Shown: one piece after another, positions 1 to 12,214 of the stretch | Position numbering within the stretch: position 1 is the first letter of the stretch | How the letters are laid out: each line of letters begins with the position of its first letter | Source of the DNA: Paragordius varius | Lineage: Eukaryota; Animalia; Nematomorpha | Assembly: GCA_964247055.1 (NCBI GenBank) | Contig: OZ176055.1 | Location: forward strand, 4,092,001 to 4,156,000 | Direction: 5' to 3' | DNA length: 64,000 bases | Made by a program: the position numbers and the translations under genes | Notes under the pieces: model-generated | What the model was told of the DNA's origin: nothing | Databases searched by the model: none | Seen by the model: the letters and a program-made list of their open reading frames with translations, nothing else

Positions 1-164
1 AACTTGAGTTAAGACTATAAGTTTAGTTAGAACAGCCGAATCGCCCAAAATTCAGAGAATATCGCTAATATAATATTAGGGGCATAGTTTTAGGTTTGAA
101 GTATGTAATATGTACTGGCACAATCAAATTTAAATAATAAAATATAATTTTTATAATAAAAATC

Positions 165-267
165 CTATGGAGACCAGTATTTAAGGAGGTGGAACCGGGC
201 TGGTTCCAACTCAATGGAACCGGTTCTTGTTAAAATCCAAGGAACCGGGTTCTGGTTCCAAGCCCAG

Positions 268-299
<32 letters not shown>

Positions 300-320
300 G
301 TCTGTTATATTTTGGAACCC
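165..320. repeat. Cluster of GGAACC/GGTTCC motifs next to an (AT)n tract; probably the subterminal region of a degraded DNA transposon
   Basis: About seven GGAACC(GG)/GGTTCC motifs in both orientations within ~130 nt of an intron. No matching second end found. Confidence 0.35.
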
Positions 321-464
321 TTTATAAGCGGGAATTTTAAAGTATAAATCAATAGAAAATAAAGAAAAAAAATTATTTAAAAAAGACCTTTCACACAGTG
401 ACGTATAATATAATGATATCAAACCTCATATGTCCTGTTAAAACTATTTAATCCAAACTTTTAG

Positions 465-3400
465 AATCACCTAAAATAGTTCTGCCACCTCAAAATTTAA
501 CAACTCTTGAGGGACTTGCAGCAAGATTCGATTGCGGTGCTCAGGCATTTCCATCCAACGTTACACATACCTGGCTTAAAGGTAAACCATTTTTTTAAAA
601 AGGATAAGGATTGTGGGAACGTAACATATTACCAATAATTTATTCCCTTATTTAGACGGGTCCCTCTTGTCACAAAAAACGGATTTTGGTTCTCGAATAA
701 TTTATCATGCCATGACAGGGGCAATGACCATTAATCCCACTTTTAAAAGCGATAATGGCCAATATAGCTGTGTGGTGGAAAACGGAGTTAATCCGAAAGC
801 TCAAGCTTCCGCCTATTTGGATATACAATGTATGGCTAGAAAAAAAATATTCTCTTTTTTTGAAAAAAAAACAATTAATAAATTTTTCCTAATAGATCCT
901 GCCAGTATAAACGACAAGGCTCTAAAAACGAAGCAGTATCTCCCTCAGGGATTGTTTGGTGCAATTCAATGTCCTGTGCTATCAAACCCTAATTTGGAAT
1001 TTGTTATTTGGACGAAAAATGGAAAAACTATTGATTCCTCATTAGAAACCATCTTAGCAAAAACCGATGAAAATAATAATAATGGCAATTATAGAACATC
1101 CACTCTTTTGCCAGAATTTAAGTGATCTTGCAAACCCTTAAAATATTTTTTAAGTTTTTGTAATATAAGTTTCCGTTCTCTGCTTAATAATACTTGAAAA
1201 TTACATTTCATTGCAATCTATGTTGTGAGAATGTTTGTCATTAAAATGGCTATAGGAATTATAAGTCTATATAACGTACCCTCAAAACTAATAATTAAAT
1301 ATATTCAAAGTGATTAAATATCCATTACTTGTTTTATTAATAATTGCCAAATAACATATTCAGAATAATGTTGTGTTTAAAGTTATTTTTTCACTTTTTC
1401 TTGCTATATATGGTATCTGGAAATACTTAATTATAAACTGGCATTAGTTATTCTCATCTTTTGTAAAACCCGAAAAATCGGGAGTCTAAAAATATAACAT
1501 TTATATATTTTGTTTAGTAATTTGATTCATCAAATCGAACCCTCCAATAATGTTGATATTGTACCAAGCGAAACCAATAATGATAATATTAATACATTAA
1601 CTTTGCAAAAAAATATTTCAGAGCCATATCGAATCGCAAGGAATGGCTCACTTTTTATATTTCAAGTCGATCGCAAAATTCACGAAGCTGTATACACCTG
1701 CACGCCATACAACAAAATAGGCACAAACGGTCCATCCGCCCCAATCCACGTTTATGTAAAAGGTATTTTAAACACGCAAAACTAATAATTCCAGCTTGTA
1801 CATATATAAATAAGATAATGATTTTTAAGTGCTTCTAAAGTTAAATCTAAAAAAAATATTGGCGCAATCATTTTTTATATCTTAAAATCTGAATTTTATT
1901 CTCATCACCCTATTAGATCCACCCATAATTATTAGAAGGCCAAACAAACAATATATAGTTGCGGCTGGGCAATCTTTGACAATACCATGTTCCTTCGGTG
2001 GGAAACCTAATCCCTCTACATTGTGGAAACGGGTAAATAAGTTAAAATTTATACTTTAAATTAAGAGTCTTTTTTGTTCTCTTAAAGGGGGAGAGGGCGT
2101 TGCATATTTATAATTTAAGGTCGGCCACTGGTTTTATAAGTAAACATTTTTTTATATTAAATGTGATATAATAAACTGATAAAAATTTATAAATTAGATT
2201 TGAACAAATTTATATTTTCTAAATTTATTAGGAAAACGGTAAAGATTTGCCAAGGGGTCATTTCTTTTATGCCCTCGGGAATTTGACTATTACTTCAGTG
2301 GGTAAAGAAGATCACGGGATAATTTATTGTATTGGTAGAAACAAAGTGGCAACCATAACGATTCCAATCTCAATAATTGTTTACAGTAAATTTTAATTAA
2401 TATTAATTATCAATTTCCAAGGTTTCAATATTACCTGGTAGTAAAGTTTAACTAATTAAATTATAAGATATTATCTGAATTTATGGGCCTTACCAGTTGT
2501 TTTACTAAAACTTAAAAAGCACCACCATAGTATTTAAATATACCATTTACAAATCGAATTCACCCTTGAATTCAAATACTCGAACAATTTAAATTCAACC
2601 TTGAACAATTGCAGTTTACCCTAAAAATAAATTATGTGTCGGGCTAATATAACTCATCATTAATAAGAAATATATTCATATGGCATAGTCTATTATTTTT
2701 TCAGTTTTATATTAATTTTAAACGTAATTTTGTTATTTTAAAATGTAAAAAAATATATAGGTAAATTTTAATCTTATCGAGAGTGAATTTGAATTGTTCC
2801 AGGGGGAATCTGAATTATTCAAGGGTTAATTCGAATTCTTTAAGGGTCAATTTGAACTGTAAATGGTATATATTTTGTAAAATATATTTTGGTTTATTCA
2901 TAGACACTTCGCCTCATGTGCCCATCAATATAAGTGTTCGATCTAGTGTTTATGGAGCTTATATACGATGGAAACCGGGTTATAATGGTGGACATACGAC
3001 TCGTTACATTGTATGGTAAATATACAAACTCATTAAAAAATATTATACCATTTCCCAGTCTAAATAAACGTTTTCCCAGTCAATCGAAACGTTTTCCCAG
3101 TCAATCGAAACGTTTTCCCAGTCAATCGAAACGTTTTCCCAGTCAATCAAAACGTTTTCCCAGTCAATCGAAACATTTTCCCAGTCAATAGAAACATTTT
3201 CCCAGTCAATAAAAACATTTTCCCAATCAATAAAAACGTTTTCCCAGTCAATAAAAACGGTTTTATTTTTGATGATAAGTATCAAAACAAGATAGAAAAA
3301 TAACTTTAACCATTATCAGCGTAATATTAGGATATTATTTTTCATAAAAAACAATTATTTAATGACAATATTTCCTATATATTCCAATACACAATCCTTA

Positions 3401-6400
3401 ATGATTTATTTTTTATAAACTATATTTTATTAACTGGATATTTTATGGTTTTTAAGTATTTTTAAGAAAATATTTAATAATTTTTTTATTTTATCGATGG
3501 TTCGCATTAATATTCGAGGCTAACTTTTAAAGTCTATAGTTACGGATAATAAAATTTATAAAAATATACCATTTTTATCTCAAATTGGTCATTTAACACT
3601 TCAAATTGGATCATAAACATGTCGAATTGTGTAAAAAATACTGTCAGAAATAAATTTGAACAAAACATGGTTTTATATATAAATTTCATTTAAAAATATT
3701 TTATAAAAAAGGATATTCTAACACAATGGCTTTGCGGGCCGCATCGGCGTTCTGAATTCGTATTACATAAGGACATTCATAAATAATTTATTCGATCTTA
3801 AACATAAGACTGTAAAGTACAAACACAATATATTTTTTAATTCGTTGTCAATTTTATAGACTCATTTAGAATAATAGCGTAAGAAATATGAATTTTATTA
3901 AGATCTTGTTGGCAAATTTTTACATTGGATTTTCCAAATTTTTCGCGGGACGCATAAAGATTCGGAAGGCCGCCTTAGGCCTCCGATGAACCAAATGATA
4001 AATATAAAAAATAGGGTAAAATTTGTGTTTATGACCCAATATGAAGTGTTAAATGACAAATTGAGATAAAAATGGTATATTTTTATAAATTTTATTATCC
4101 GTAACTATAGACTTTAAAAGTTAGCCTCGAATATTAATGCGAACCATCGATAAAATAAAAAAATTATTAAATATTTGCTTAAAAATACTTAAAAACCATA
4201 AAATATTCTTCCAGTTAATAAAATATAGCTTTAAAAAAATAAATTTAATGATTGTGTATTGGAATATATAGGAAATATTGTCATTAAATAATTGTGATTT
4301 TATGAAAAATAATATCCTAATATTACGCTGATAATGGTTAAAAGTTATTTTTCTAGCTTGTTTTGATACTTATCATCAGAAATAAAACCGTTTTTATTGA
4401 CTGGGAAAACGTTTTTATTGATTGGGAAAATGTTTTTATTGACTGGGAAAATGTTTCTATTGACTGGGAAAATGTTTCGATTGACTGGGAAAACGTTTTG
4501 ATTGACTGGGAAAACGTTTCGATTGACTGGGAAAACGTTTCGATTGACTGGGAAAATGTTTCGATTGACTGGGAAAACGTTTTGATTGACTGGGAAAACG
4601 TTTCGATTGACTGGGAAAACGTTTCGATTGACTGGGAAAATGTTTCGATTGACTGGGAAAACGTTTATTTAGACTGGGAAATGGTATATGTAAAATTATT
4701 AAAATTTTTAATGCTCCTTTTTATAGGTGTTCCAAGATTAAATCTACCTTCACAACACTGCCAAGTTTTAGGTCAGTGACATTAGATGCTAAAAACAATC
4801 ACAAATTAGATACAGAACCTGCTTATGCTTATTATTTTAACACCAGCTCAGGATATATTTTAGATCTTGAATCTGCCTCATCCTATACATTTCAATTGCA
4901 AGCCTACAATATGTATGGTTATAGCGAAAAAAGTCCACCCTTGTTAATCAATACTAAAAGTTATATTTCAACCAATTTAATTATATATTTTAAATGACTA
5001 GATTTTCATATTTTAGCTAATCTTTTTTGTGTCATTCAGAGTTTGAGAGTGAATATTACACAATGTCTTCCCTCCAGGGTTTAAGTCAACGGGCAGCTCA
5101 AGATATACAAGGTATAAATTATGATCTTTATCTAAAAACTAAATTAATTAATTGATAATGTTGGCCATTATGCCTAAGGTGATTGGTTTTATTTGTCATA
5201 TATTAGGTGAACTTCACTCCCCTACATATATATCCACGACTTACATAAAAGGAGGTAATGGAAAAGATGTTTTGAGTTCTGGGGGTAAAGATATGATTCA
5301 TCCCAAAGGAATTTTGATTAAGTGGGAGAATATTCCCCGTGGTTCAATAAATGGTCCGATTTTTTATATCTTAGAATACAGGTTTATAATCTCACATACA
5401 ATGTTTAATTATAGTAAAAAAGGCTAAATTAATTAATTTGTCTTAAAACTCTAGCATCAATGAGGAAATACAATGGTATAAATGGGAACCAGCTGTAAAA
5501 GCATCTGAACACGCAAATAAAAAATATATAACATTATTTATACGGGAGGAAGATCTTTTAAAAGCCCTAAAAACTTCAAGCATCCCATCAGTCCTACGGT
5601 TTCGAGTTCGTGCCTATGATTTGAATAGCAAAAGTGATCCATCCATTGTCTCCGAATTATATATTATAAGTAATCTTATTTTATATAATACTTTTGTTCA
5701 TTTACACTTATGGTGGGGTCTAAACGGTTATGAATGCAATTACGACCGTGACTATGACCAATTTTAAAAATAAACATTAAATTTATACAAGCATATGTTA
5801 TCACGCATGTAATATAAGAGTAAACAATGGTATAAAACTTATAATTTATGTAGTCAATTGTGAGATTTAGATAATTATCATATTTTTGTTAGTTGTCATC
5901 TTGTACTTTAAATAAAAGTTCGTAGCTAATTATAATATAGGTATAATAGATTTTTATATTTCACACATAATAGATAGCCCACGTAAACTCATGGGAACAC
6001 CTATCGTAGCCGGAATTATAACTGGAACTGCCTTATCCATTATACTTCTTACCCTTTTTACTATGTTAACTATGGCTTATTACAACAAGCTTACTGGTCG
6101 AAAAGGACGTAAGACTGGCAAAGTCGATTCATTTAGTAAATTTGGTTTATGCGGGGGCGCAGAAATACCTTACAATGGCGATATGATACATCGACCAAAT
6201 AAATTTGGGGAGCTGGATGGAGATTCTAACACAGATATCTATAGTTCATATATTACTAACCAACATGGCTCTTCACAAAACACAACATTAAATAAACAAG
6301 AAAATGGAGACTTGGGCCACACGCATGTTAATGGACATATTCACAACCAAATAAAGGATGTGTCTGACAAAGGACAACGTATGTTTTTAGTATCAATTCG

Positions 6401-9400
6401 TTTGACTAAAAATTAAATTAAACGACTTGAAATTCCTAGTCGAGAACTGATTCAATAACATTTCTATTTATATTTTTTATCGTAGTTTTTGACAAAATTT
6501 AAATATAATTTTTTAAACATATAACTTTATTACTTTTTTAGTAAATGGTGCTTACAAATCAAACAATGGACATATAAGGTATATTTTTAAATTTTATGAT
6601 TCCAAATTAGGTTATATTTATCAATAACTCTATCACATATATTTATAAAAGTTCTTGTAATACAGCTGGCTTACTTACATTATTGATGGTCAATTCGAAA
6701 TACAATGGAAACAAATTTTGTCCATAATTAATTAAACAAAGTAATGTAAGATGGGAAAAAATTATTTACATTTTGTTTTTTTCCATACACTAGTGTGTTG
6801 CCAATTGACCAACTATAACGTGAATAAGCCAGCATAAATGTGCCTACTGTAGTTAGCAAAGCGTAATGAGCTCAAAAATATTATACTGACGTATGGGGAA
6901 AAGGTTTCATATATTTTTCTATCTTAAAAAAATATTTATGGGAAAATCGGCAAGTTAAATTTGGCTAAAAATAGAGAAGATACTATTTTTTCAAATAGCA
7001 ATGACACATTTGCATAATTATCCGTGTTATTTAAATTAACCGATTGGTTTAAAATCACATTTTTTCTACTTTACCCCTGTTTCTCTTCCTAAACCTGCCT
7101 TTTCTTTCAGAAAGCCCGTCATTCAATTTACCCTAAAATTAAAAATATTAAATTATTGGATAATAAAAGTATAAGATCAAAAACATTTTAAAAAAATAGC
7201 GCCTAAAAAGAGTATTATAAACAAGGATTGTTTCCTTTTTTAGTTATTATATCTTTTATTGGACATAAAGCTTAAGAAATTCTTGTCTGATATTTGTCAA
7301 GATCTTACATCACACCCATAATGGTATATATATATACCATTTACAATTCATTTTCACCCTTAAACAATTCAAATTCATCCTTGAACAATTTAAATTCACC
7401 CTTATTCAAATTCACCCTTGAACAATTCAAATTCACCCTCAAATAAAATATATGTTTTTTAAGATTAAAAATTACCATTATTTTTATATATTTTTAAAAA
7501 AATAAAAATTTTGTTTTAAATTAAAATAATACTGAAAAAATAATAAACTATAACATAAACATATATTTAATATTAATAAGGAGTTATATTAGTTCGAAAA
7601 TATATAACTTATTTTTAGGGTGAATTTGAATTGTTTGAGGGTGAATTTGAATTGTTCAAGGGTGAATTTGAATTGTAAATGGTATATATATACCATTATT
7701 ACTTTAAATGTGTCCTTAAACACTTGGTGTTGGTCATTGAACATTTCAAGTTAGCCCTTTAACATTTTTATTTTGTTTTAACTTTTATCAATCAAATCAT
7801 GTATCATTCATCTATTTTCTTTATTTAACATACACTTTAAATCTATATTTATTTTTAATCATTCCGTATATCTTTATTTCTTAAAAAATATTAAATTATT
7901 AAGATTTTAACACGTAAATTAAAAATAAATAAGTTTCTGGGTTATCTTTACAATTTTCTAATAAAAACATTTAGTTAATAATTATTCTAAATTGGAAATG
8001 ATTAAAAAAAAGTGGTTTTTGGATAAAAAATTTTATTTTTAAATAAATATATAATAAATTAGGTTAGAAAATTATAAAATAAAAAAATGCAAAAATTATG
8101 GTCAAATTAAAATTTAGAAATTTTAAGGACCAACTTGCGCAAGGACTAGCTTAAGGTATTCAAGGATACTCTTGAAAGGCAAATGGTATATTAATGGCGA
8201 TTTTAAGGTTTAGATAAAGTATCCAATTAAAAATTTATCCTATTTTAGTGTCTGAAAGCGGAAAAACCAAAATAATTTGATATCACATCCATATTTAAAA
8301 TTTAAGATTTTTTATATTAAAAGTAATAAAAGTTAATAGGTCTATTTATTACATTTTATATATTATTTTTCTTTTTTGTGCACACAGGACGTTGGGTAAG
8401 TTTTTATTAAATAATTTCTTTAATAAAAATATCAGTCTTTATCCAAATTATCTTTATTTTATACCTTTGTTAGATCGATTGAGCCCAAAACCTCACATAA
8501 ACAGGGCTCCACATTATTACACACTGAATCACGGCAGCCCATATGGAATTCAAACAAAAATATCAGCGGGTCAAATATCTCCAACAATCCCGAATTATTC
8601 TCTTCATACAAATTTAACTTCCTCGTCCCATGTGATAAAAAGGGAGAGAAACAATTATCCGACTATCACAACGAATTTCACAAATATCCTTCAACACAAA
8701 AATTCTGGCAGTTACTCTTCAGCGGCTTTGGACCCATTGTATTACCCATGCCAAGAAATGGAGACGATAGATCTGTCATCAAAGCAAAAACGTATGAACC
8801 ATCCGCCCTTAAAAACAACTTTCACAAACGATATCAACAACGAAGTAATGGAGGAAATGCCAAAACTTGGCTCAAAATGTTCAATCCCATTAACGTTTTC
8901 GGGGGTACTTTTTCAAAACTTTTCGCCAGCAATGGTTCAAAAACAGAAGGATCACAATTTAAAATTAGCACCAAAAGAAACAATGGTATGATTGTTGATG
9001 AAACAGACATGGTGCAAGACAATGGAGGTATCGTTCCACAGAAAGGAACGGAATGTATATGCGAAAAAATAGAGAATATTACAGTTAATGATTCTCATAA
9101 AAACCAAAATGGTCATATACAGATAAAACAGGATGATAACATTATTTATATCCAGAATGCTAATAAGTCTGATAAAAATTCTCCAAAAAGTAAAATTTAC
9201 TGTAACTGTCCTGCAAACCTTAAATCGCCAAGTTTGGAATCTCAAACATCACAAAGCTCTAATATCTATAATTTCATTGAGAAAAAATCAAATCTGGGGT
9301 GCCGTTGCAAAAGATTATGCCATCAACCAGATATCCCCACCAATTTGGTACAAAGAGCATCATCACTTTTGTATAAATACTTACAAATAGTTGTGAATGA

Positions 9401-10214
9401 AGCTGTACACCGTATTATTGAACCACATGCAAATGAAATAATTCATCCGAACGAAAAGGCGAAGAATACAACAATGTCTAGTGATGATACTGTAACTTCT
9501 GGAACCTATTGTCTCGTTGACAACTGTAAAAACAATCCATCAAGATATGGTCTTTCAAAAAGCGATATACGTATAATTATGAATTCCACCACCTGTACCC
9601 TAGATGATGATTTCAGCAGCCATTTAGAACAAGTCATTGATAATAGTATTAAAGGTCAATGCGATTCATTTTTCGACTCAACCATTTGTTCTAACACTAC
9701 AATACCGTCTGAAAATAAATGTCAAGCAAAACAAGTGGGTAATCAAAAGCCAAAAATATTATCAAGAAATTCAACTATAGATTCTAGCAAAGCACCTCTG
9801 GACATTGGTTTGCAACCGATTTATGAACCTTTATATGAATCTATGGAACATCATTTAGAAAATTATACGTTAAAAACAAAAGATCTCACACTCACTGATT
9901 CTTTATCGAATCCAACTAGTCCAAATGGAACAAAACCCAATGATATGATTTACATTGATTATGTGAATCATAATACTTCTTCAAACCCTATAATATATGA
10001 CGAAAAAACAAATCCAGTTCCTATTAATAACGCTTCGGAATCAAATGAAAATCACAACAAAGAATTAGAAATCAGGTTTGTAGAAATGAATAAAAAGAAA
10101 GAACTTTCAAATTACTGCCATCCCACTCATTCTTTTTCTCAGCGTTTGCCCTCATTTACCAATTCAATGCAATCTTTCAATTTAGAAAATCGTCTTTCTT
10201 CAACCATTGTATAG
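465..10214 (+). CDS. tutl: Turtle/IGSF9 (Dasm1)-like Ig + 2xFN3 single-pass adhesion receptor; 5' part lies upstream of the window
   Basis: GT-AG exons with consistent phases: 465-581, 656-829, 896-1121, 1518-1762, 1917-2032, 2232-2385, 2904-3015, 4727-4959, 5040-5111, 5207-5381, 5455-5669, 5974-6378, optional 6542-6578, 8474-(8991 or 10214). Three Ig domains (..DNGQYSC, QYLPQGLFGAIQC..YTCTPYNKIGTNGPS, ..EDHGIIYC), two FN3 (PHVPINI..RWKPGYNGG; ..FRVRAYD), then a TM segment (IVAGIITGTALSIILLTLFTML). The QYLP..G..QC and Y.CTPYN..GT.G.S motifs match Drosophila Turtle as I recall them. Confidence 0.8.
2541..2868. mobile_element. MITE, TACCATTT family (short type), copy 1
   Basis: Termini TACCATTTAC...GTAAATGGTA flanked by TA. 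Subterminal degenerate 21-bp repeats (TTGAACAATTCAAATTCACCC) are inverted at the two ends. Lies in turtle intron 2386-2903. Confidence 0.85.
3046..4686. mobile_element. 1.64-kb foldback element with TACCATTT termini and 21-bp tandem arrays in both arms
   Basis: TA|TACCATTTCCCAGTC...GACTGGGAAATGGTA|TA. Arms ~3046-3620 and ~4025-4686 are reverse complements. There are 10 versus 14 copies of a 21-bp unit (TTGACTGGGAAAACGTTTCGA). Fills turtle intron 3016-4726. Confidence 0.9.
7335..7684. mobile_element. MITE, TACCATTT family (short type), copy 2
   Basis: TACCATTTACAATTC...GAATTGTAAATGGTA, with 21-bp subterminal repeats and a core shared with the copies at 2541, 32623, 39546 and 63597. Confidence 0.9.
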
Positions 10215-10322
10215 CACATATTTTGTATGTAGAATTATTTTTCTAGAATTTCCTTACTATTTTGGTGCTATAGATTATTTCACTTATTGGACCATATTTA
10301 CGAGTGTTTATAATATTTTTTG

Positions 10323-10369
10323 AATAAATATTTGATTAATGATTATCATATTAACTATTTTAATTTATT
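10323..10369. terminator. Putative convergent poly(A) signals of turtle (long isoform) and the coiled-coil gene
   Basis: AATAAA on + at 10323-10328 and AATAAA on - (TTTATT) at 10364-10369, inside the 172-nt gap between the two stop codons. Confidence 0.4.
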
Positions 10370-10386
10370 TTCACTATTGGCTTTCA

Positions 10387-12214
10387 TTAATTTTTAATTT
10401 CAGCCATATATGTGTTTTCATCACTAGGAACCGTATTTGCTGTATCAATTGATTTAATGGTCGTTAATTGATCCGTTTCGTCATTTATAATTTTATTGTA
10501 GATGTCTGGATTTTCTTTCAGACATTGCATATACCACTCATGTAAATGATTAGTGCTTGAATTATTATCAGTATCATTTGAAATACCCGTTTTTTCCAAA
10601 TCAGATTTTGGAGTTATCTCGTTTGATTTGCCTTGAAATGTTGATTCTGGTAAAATGTTAACCGATTCCACTGAGGTGCGATTTGTTAAATTTTCCTCAT
10701 ATGTTTTAGGAATCATACAAGGCGAAGTTTCCAAATTTTTAGAATCCAAAGATGTTTCACTGCTTTCCAGAGATATATTATTTTTATAATATTTTGATTT
10801 TGCATCTCCACCCGTATTTTGCAAAAAATCATCTATCTTTGAGGCGCTCATTACAATGTCCAAGTTTTTATTCAAAATATAATTTTTAAAATATACAAGA
10901 TTACGTTGCTGCACCTTTAATGTTTCAGACTGAGATGCTATGATTCGTTTCAGATGTTGACATTGTTCTGACAAACATCTGACTTCACTTGTAAGTGTTA
11001 AGTTTTTTGCTTTATAGCATTCAAGATCGGAATACCATTCTTTTCCACCATCTAGGGCTGTTTTATGGTCCACCTTTTCGTTTTCCAATTGTTTTATGAC
11101 TTGACTCATTTGATTTTCCAAAGCACTCTGGACATTATCTTTTTCAACTATGTCTTTTCGTAGACCTTTGCAGACGCTATCAAGCAAAATATATTTTTCT
11201 TCCCATTTCGAACAATCCTTCTCTACATTAATTTTTTCATCATGTAACATTTTGAGTTGCTTTTCTCTTTGCTCAAATAATGCTTGGATTTTTCCTTTGT
11301 CCTTAGCCATCTTTTCTAATGTTACAGCAAGAGTTTTATTTTCTAAAACATAGTTTTCCAACTTGCTTTCACCATTTATAATTTGCTGTTCCAAATTCCT
11401 TTTATCTGTCATGAGTTGCGTTAGTCCATGTTTCATGTCTCCTATCAATTTGTTAAGAGTTGCTTTTTCTGATTCTGCCTTTGCTAGGCTTTCCGAACTT
11501 TCCATCAATTTGTATTGATAACGGGTACATTTACTTTGGAGCTTGGTTAATCGTTTATTTAATGTATCCCATTTCTGAATACTTTCCCATTCACTGTCAT
11601 AAGCGTTTGCAAGATGTTTATCTTTTAGCTGGATTTGATTCATGAGCATATCAATTTCTCTTCGCTGCTCGTCAATAATGGTATTATTATTATTGGTATT
11701 GGTTATTAATGTGACCTGGTGTTCTCCTCTTTTATCCACAACATCTAATCGTTTATAACGGGATAGTGAATCGGAAATTGGAGCTGGTTTATCATCAATT
11801 ACCTCTCGTTTCCTGGTAAAAATAAAGGTGATTATTTTCTATATATATTGTTCGATGGTATAGTCAGTGTCATAAATGTTTAACAATGTAATTAAATTTG
11901 AATAATATTAATCATATATTGTAACAATTTATATAAAAATCTACCTTATTATGCAAAATACGGATATTTTATAATTATAAAGGTGGAGCCAAAGCAGATT
12001 TTAACAAAGCGGTACTTATTGGGAGAATTAAAAAATTCAAAATTTTAGAAAATATAAAGGCACCGATACTTACCATCGGTACATGGCCTAATTTCACCAC
12101 TGATATATATATGTATATATAATCAATTTGAAATAATTATAATGGTTTATTTTACTCTAAGAAAAAATGTCCTTCGTATAGCTTTGATTTCGATGTCTTG
12201 GTCACTGAATTCAT
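10387..12214 (-). CDS. Uncharacterised coiled-coil protein (~494 aa), two exons
   Basis: Exon 12214-12156 (MNSVTKTSKSKLYEGHFFL, donor GA|GTAAAA) joins in phase 2 to exon 11812-10387, extending the listed 450-aa ORF. Long heptad-rich E/K/L/Q region followed by a low-complexity tail. No family recognised. Confidence 0.7.

Noticed and set aside
3051-4680. Regular repeats as a possible CRISPR array
   Set aside because: Units are head-to-tail with no unique spacers, the context is eukaryotic, and there are no cas genes.
3043-4779. ORFs encoding (IDWENVS)n and (SQSKRFP)n heptapeptide repeats
   Set aside because: They are translations of the 21-bp arrays in the foldback arms, inside a turtle intron. 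A stop-free 21-mer gives such ORFs automatically.
8748-10214. 488-aa ORF as a separate gene or an assembly frameshift
   Set aside because: The frame stays open back to the acceptor at 8473 and is reachable in phase through the 37-nt exon, so it is better read as a turtle tail isoform.
11980-12101. Possible MITE ending in AATTTCACCACTG
   Set aside because: No convincing left TIR or target-site duplication.
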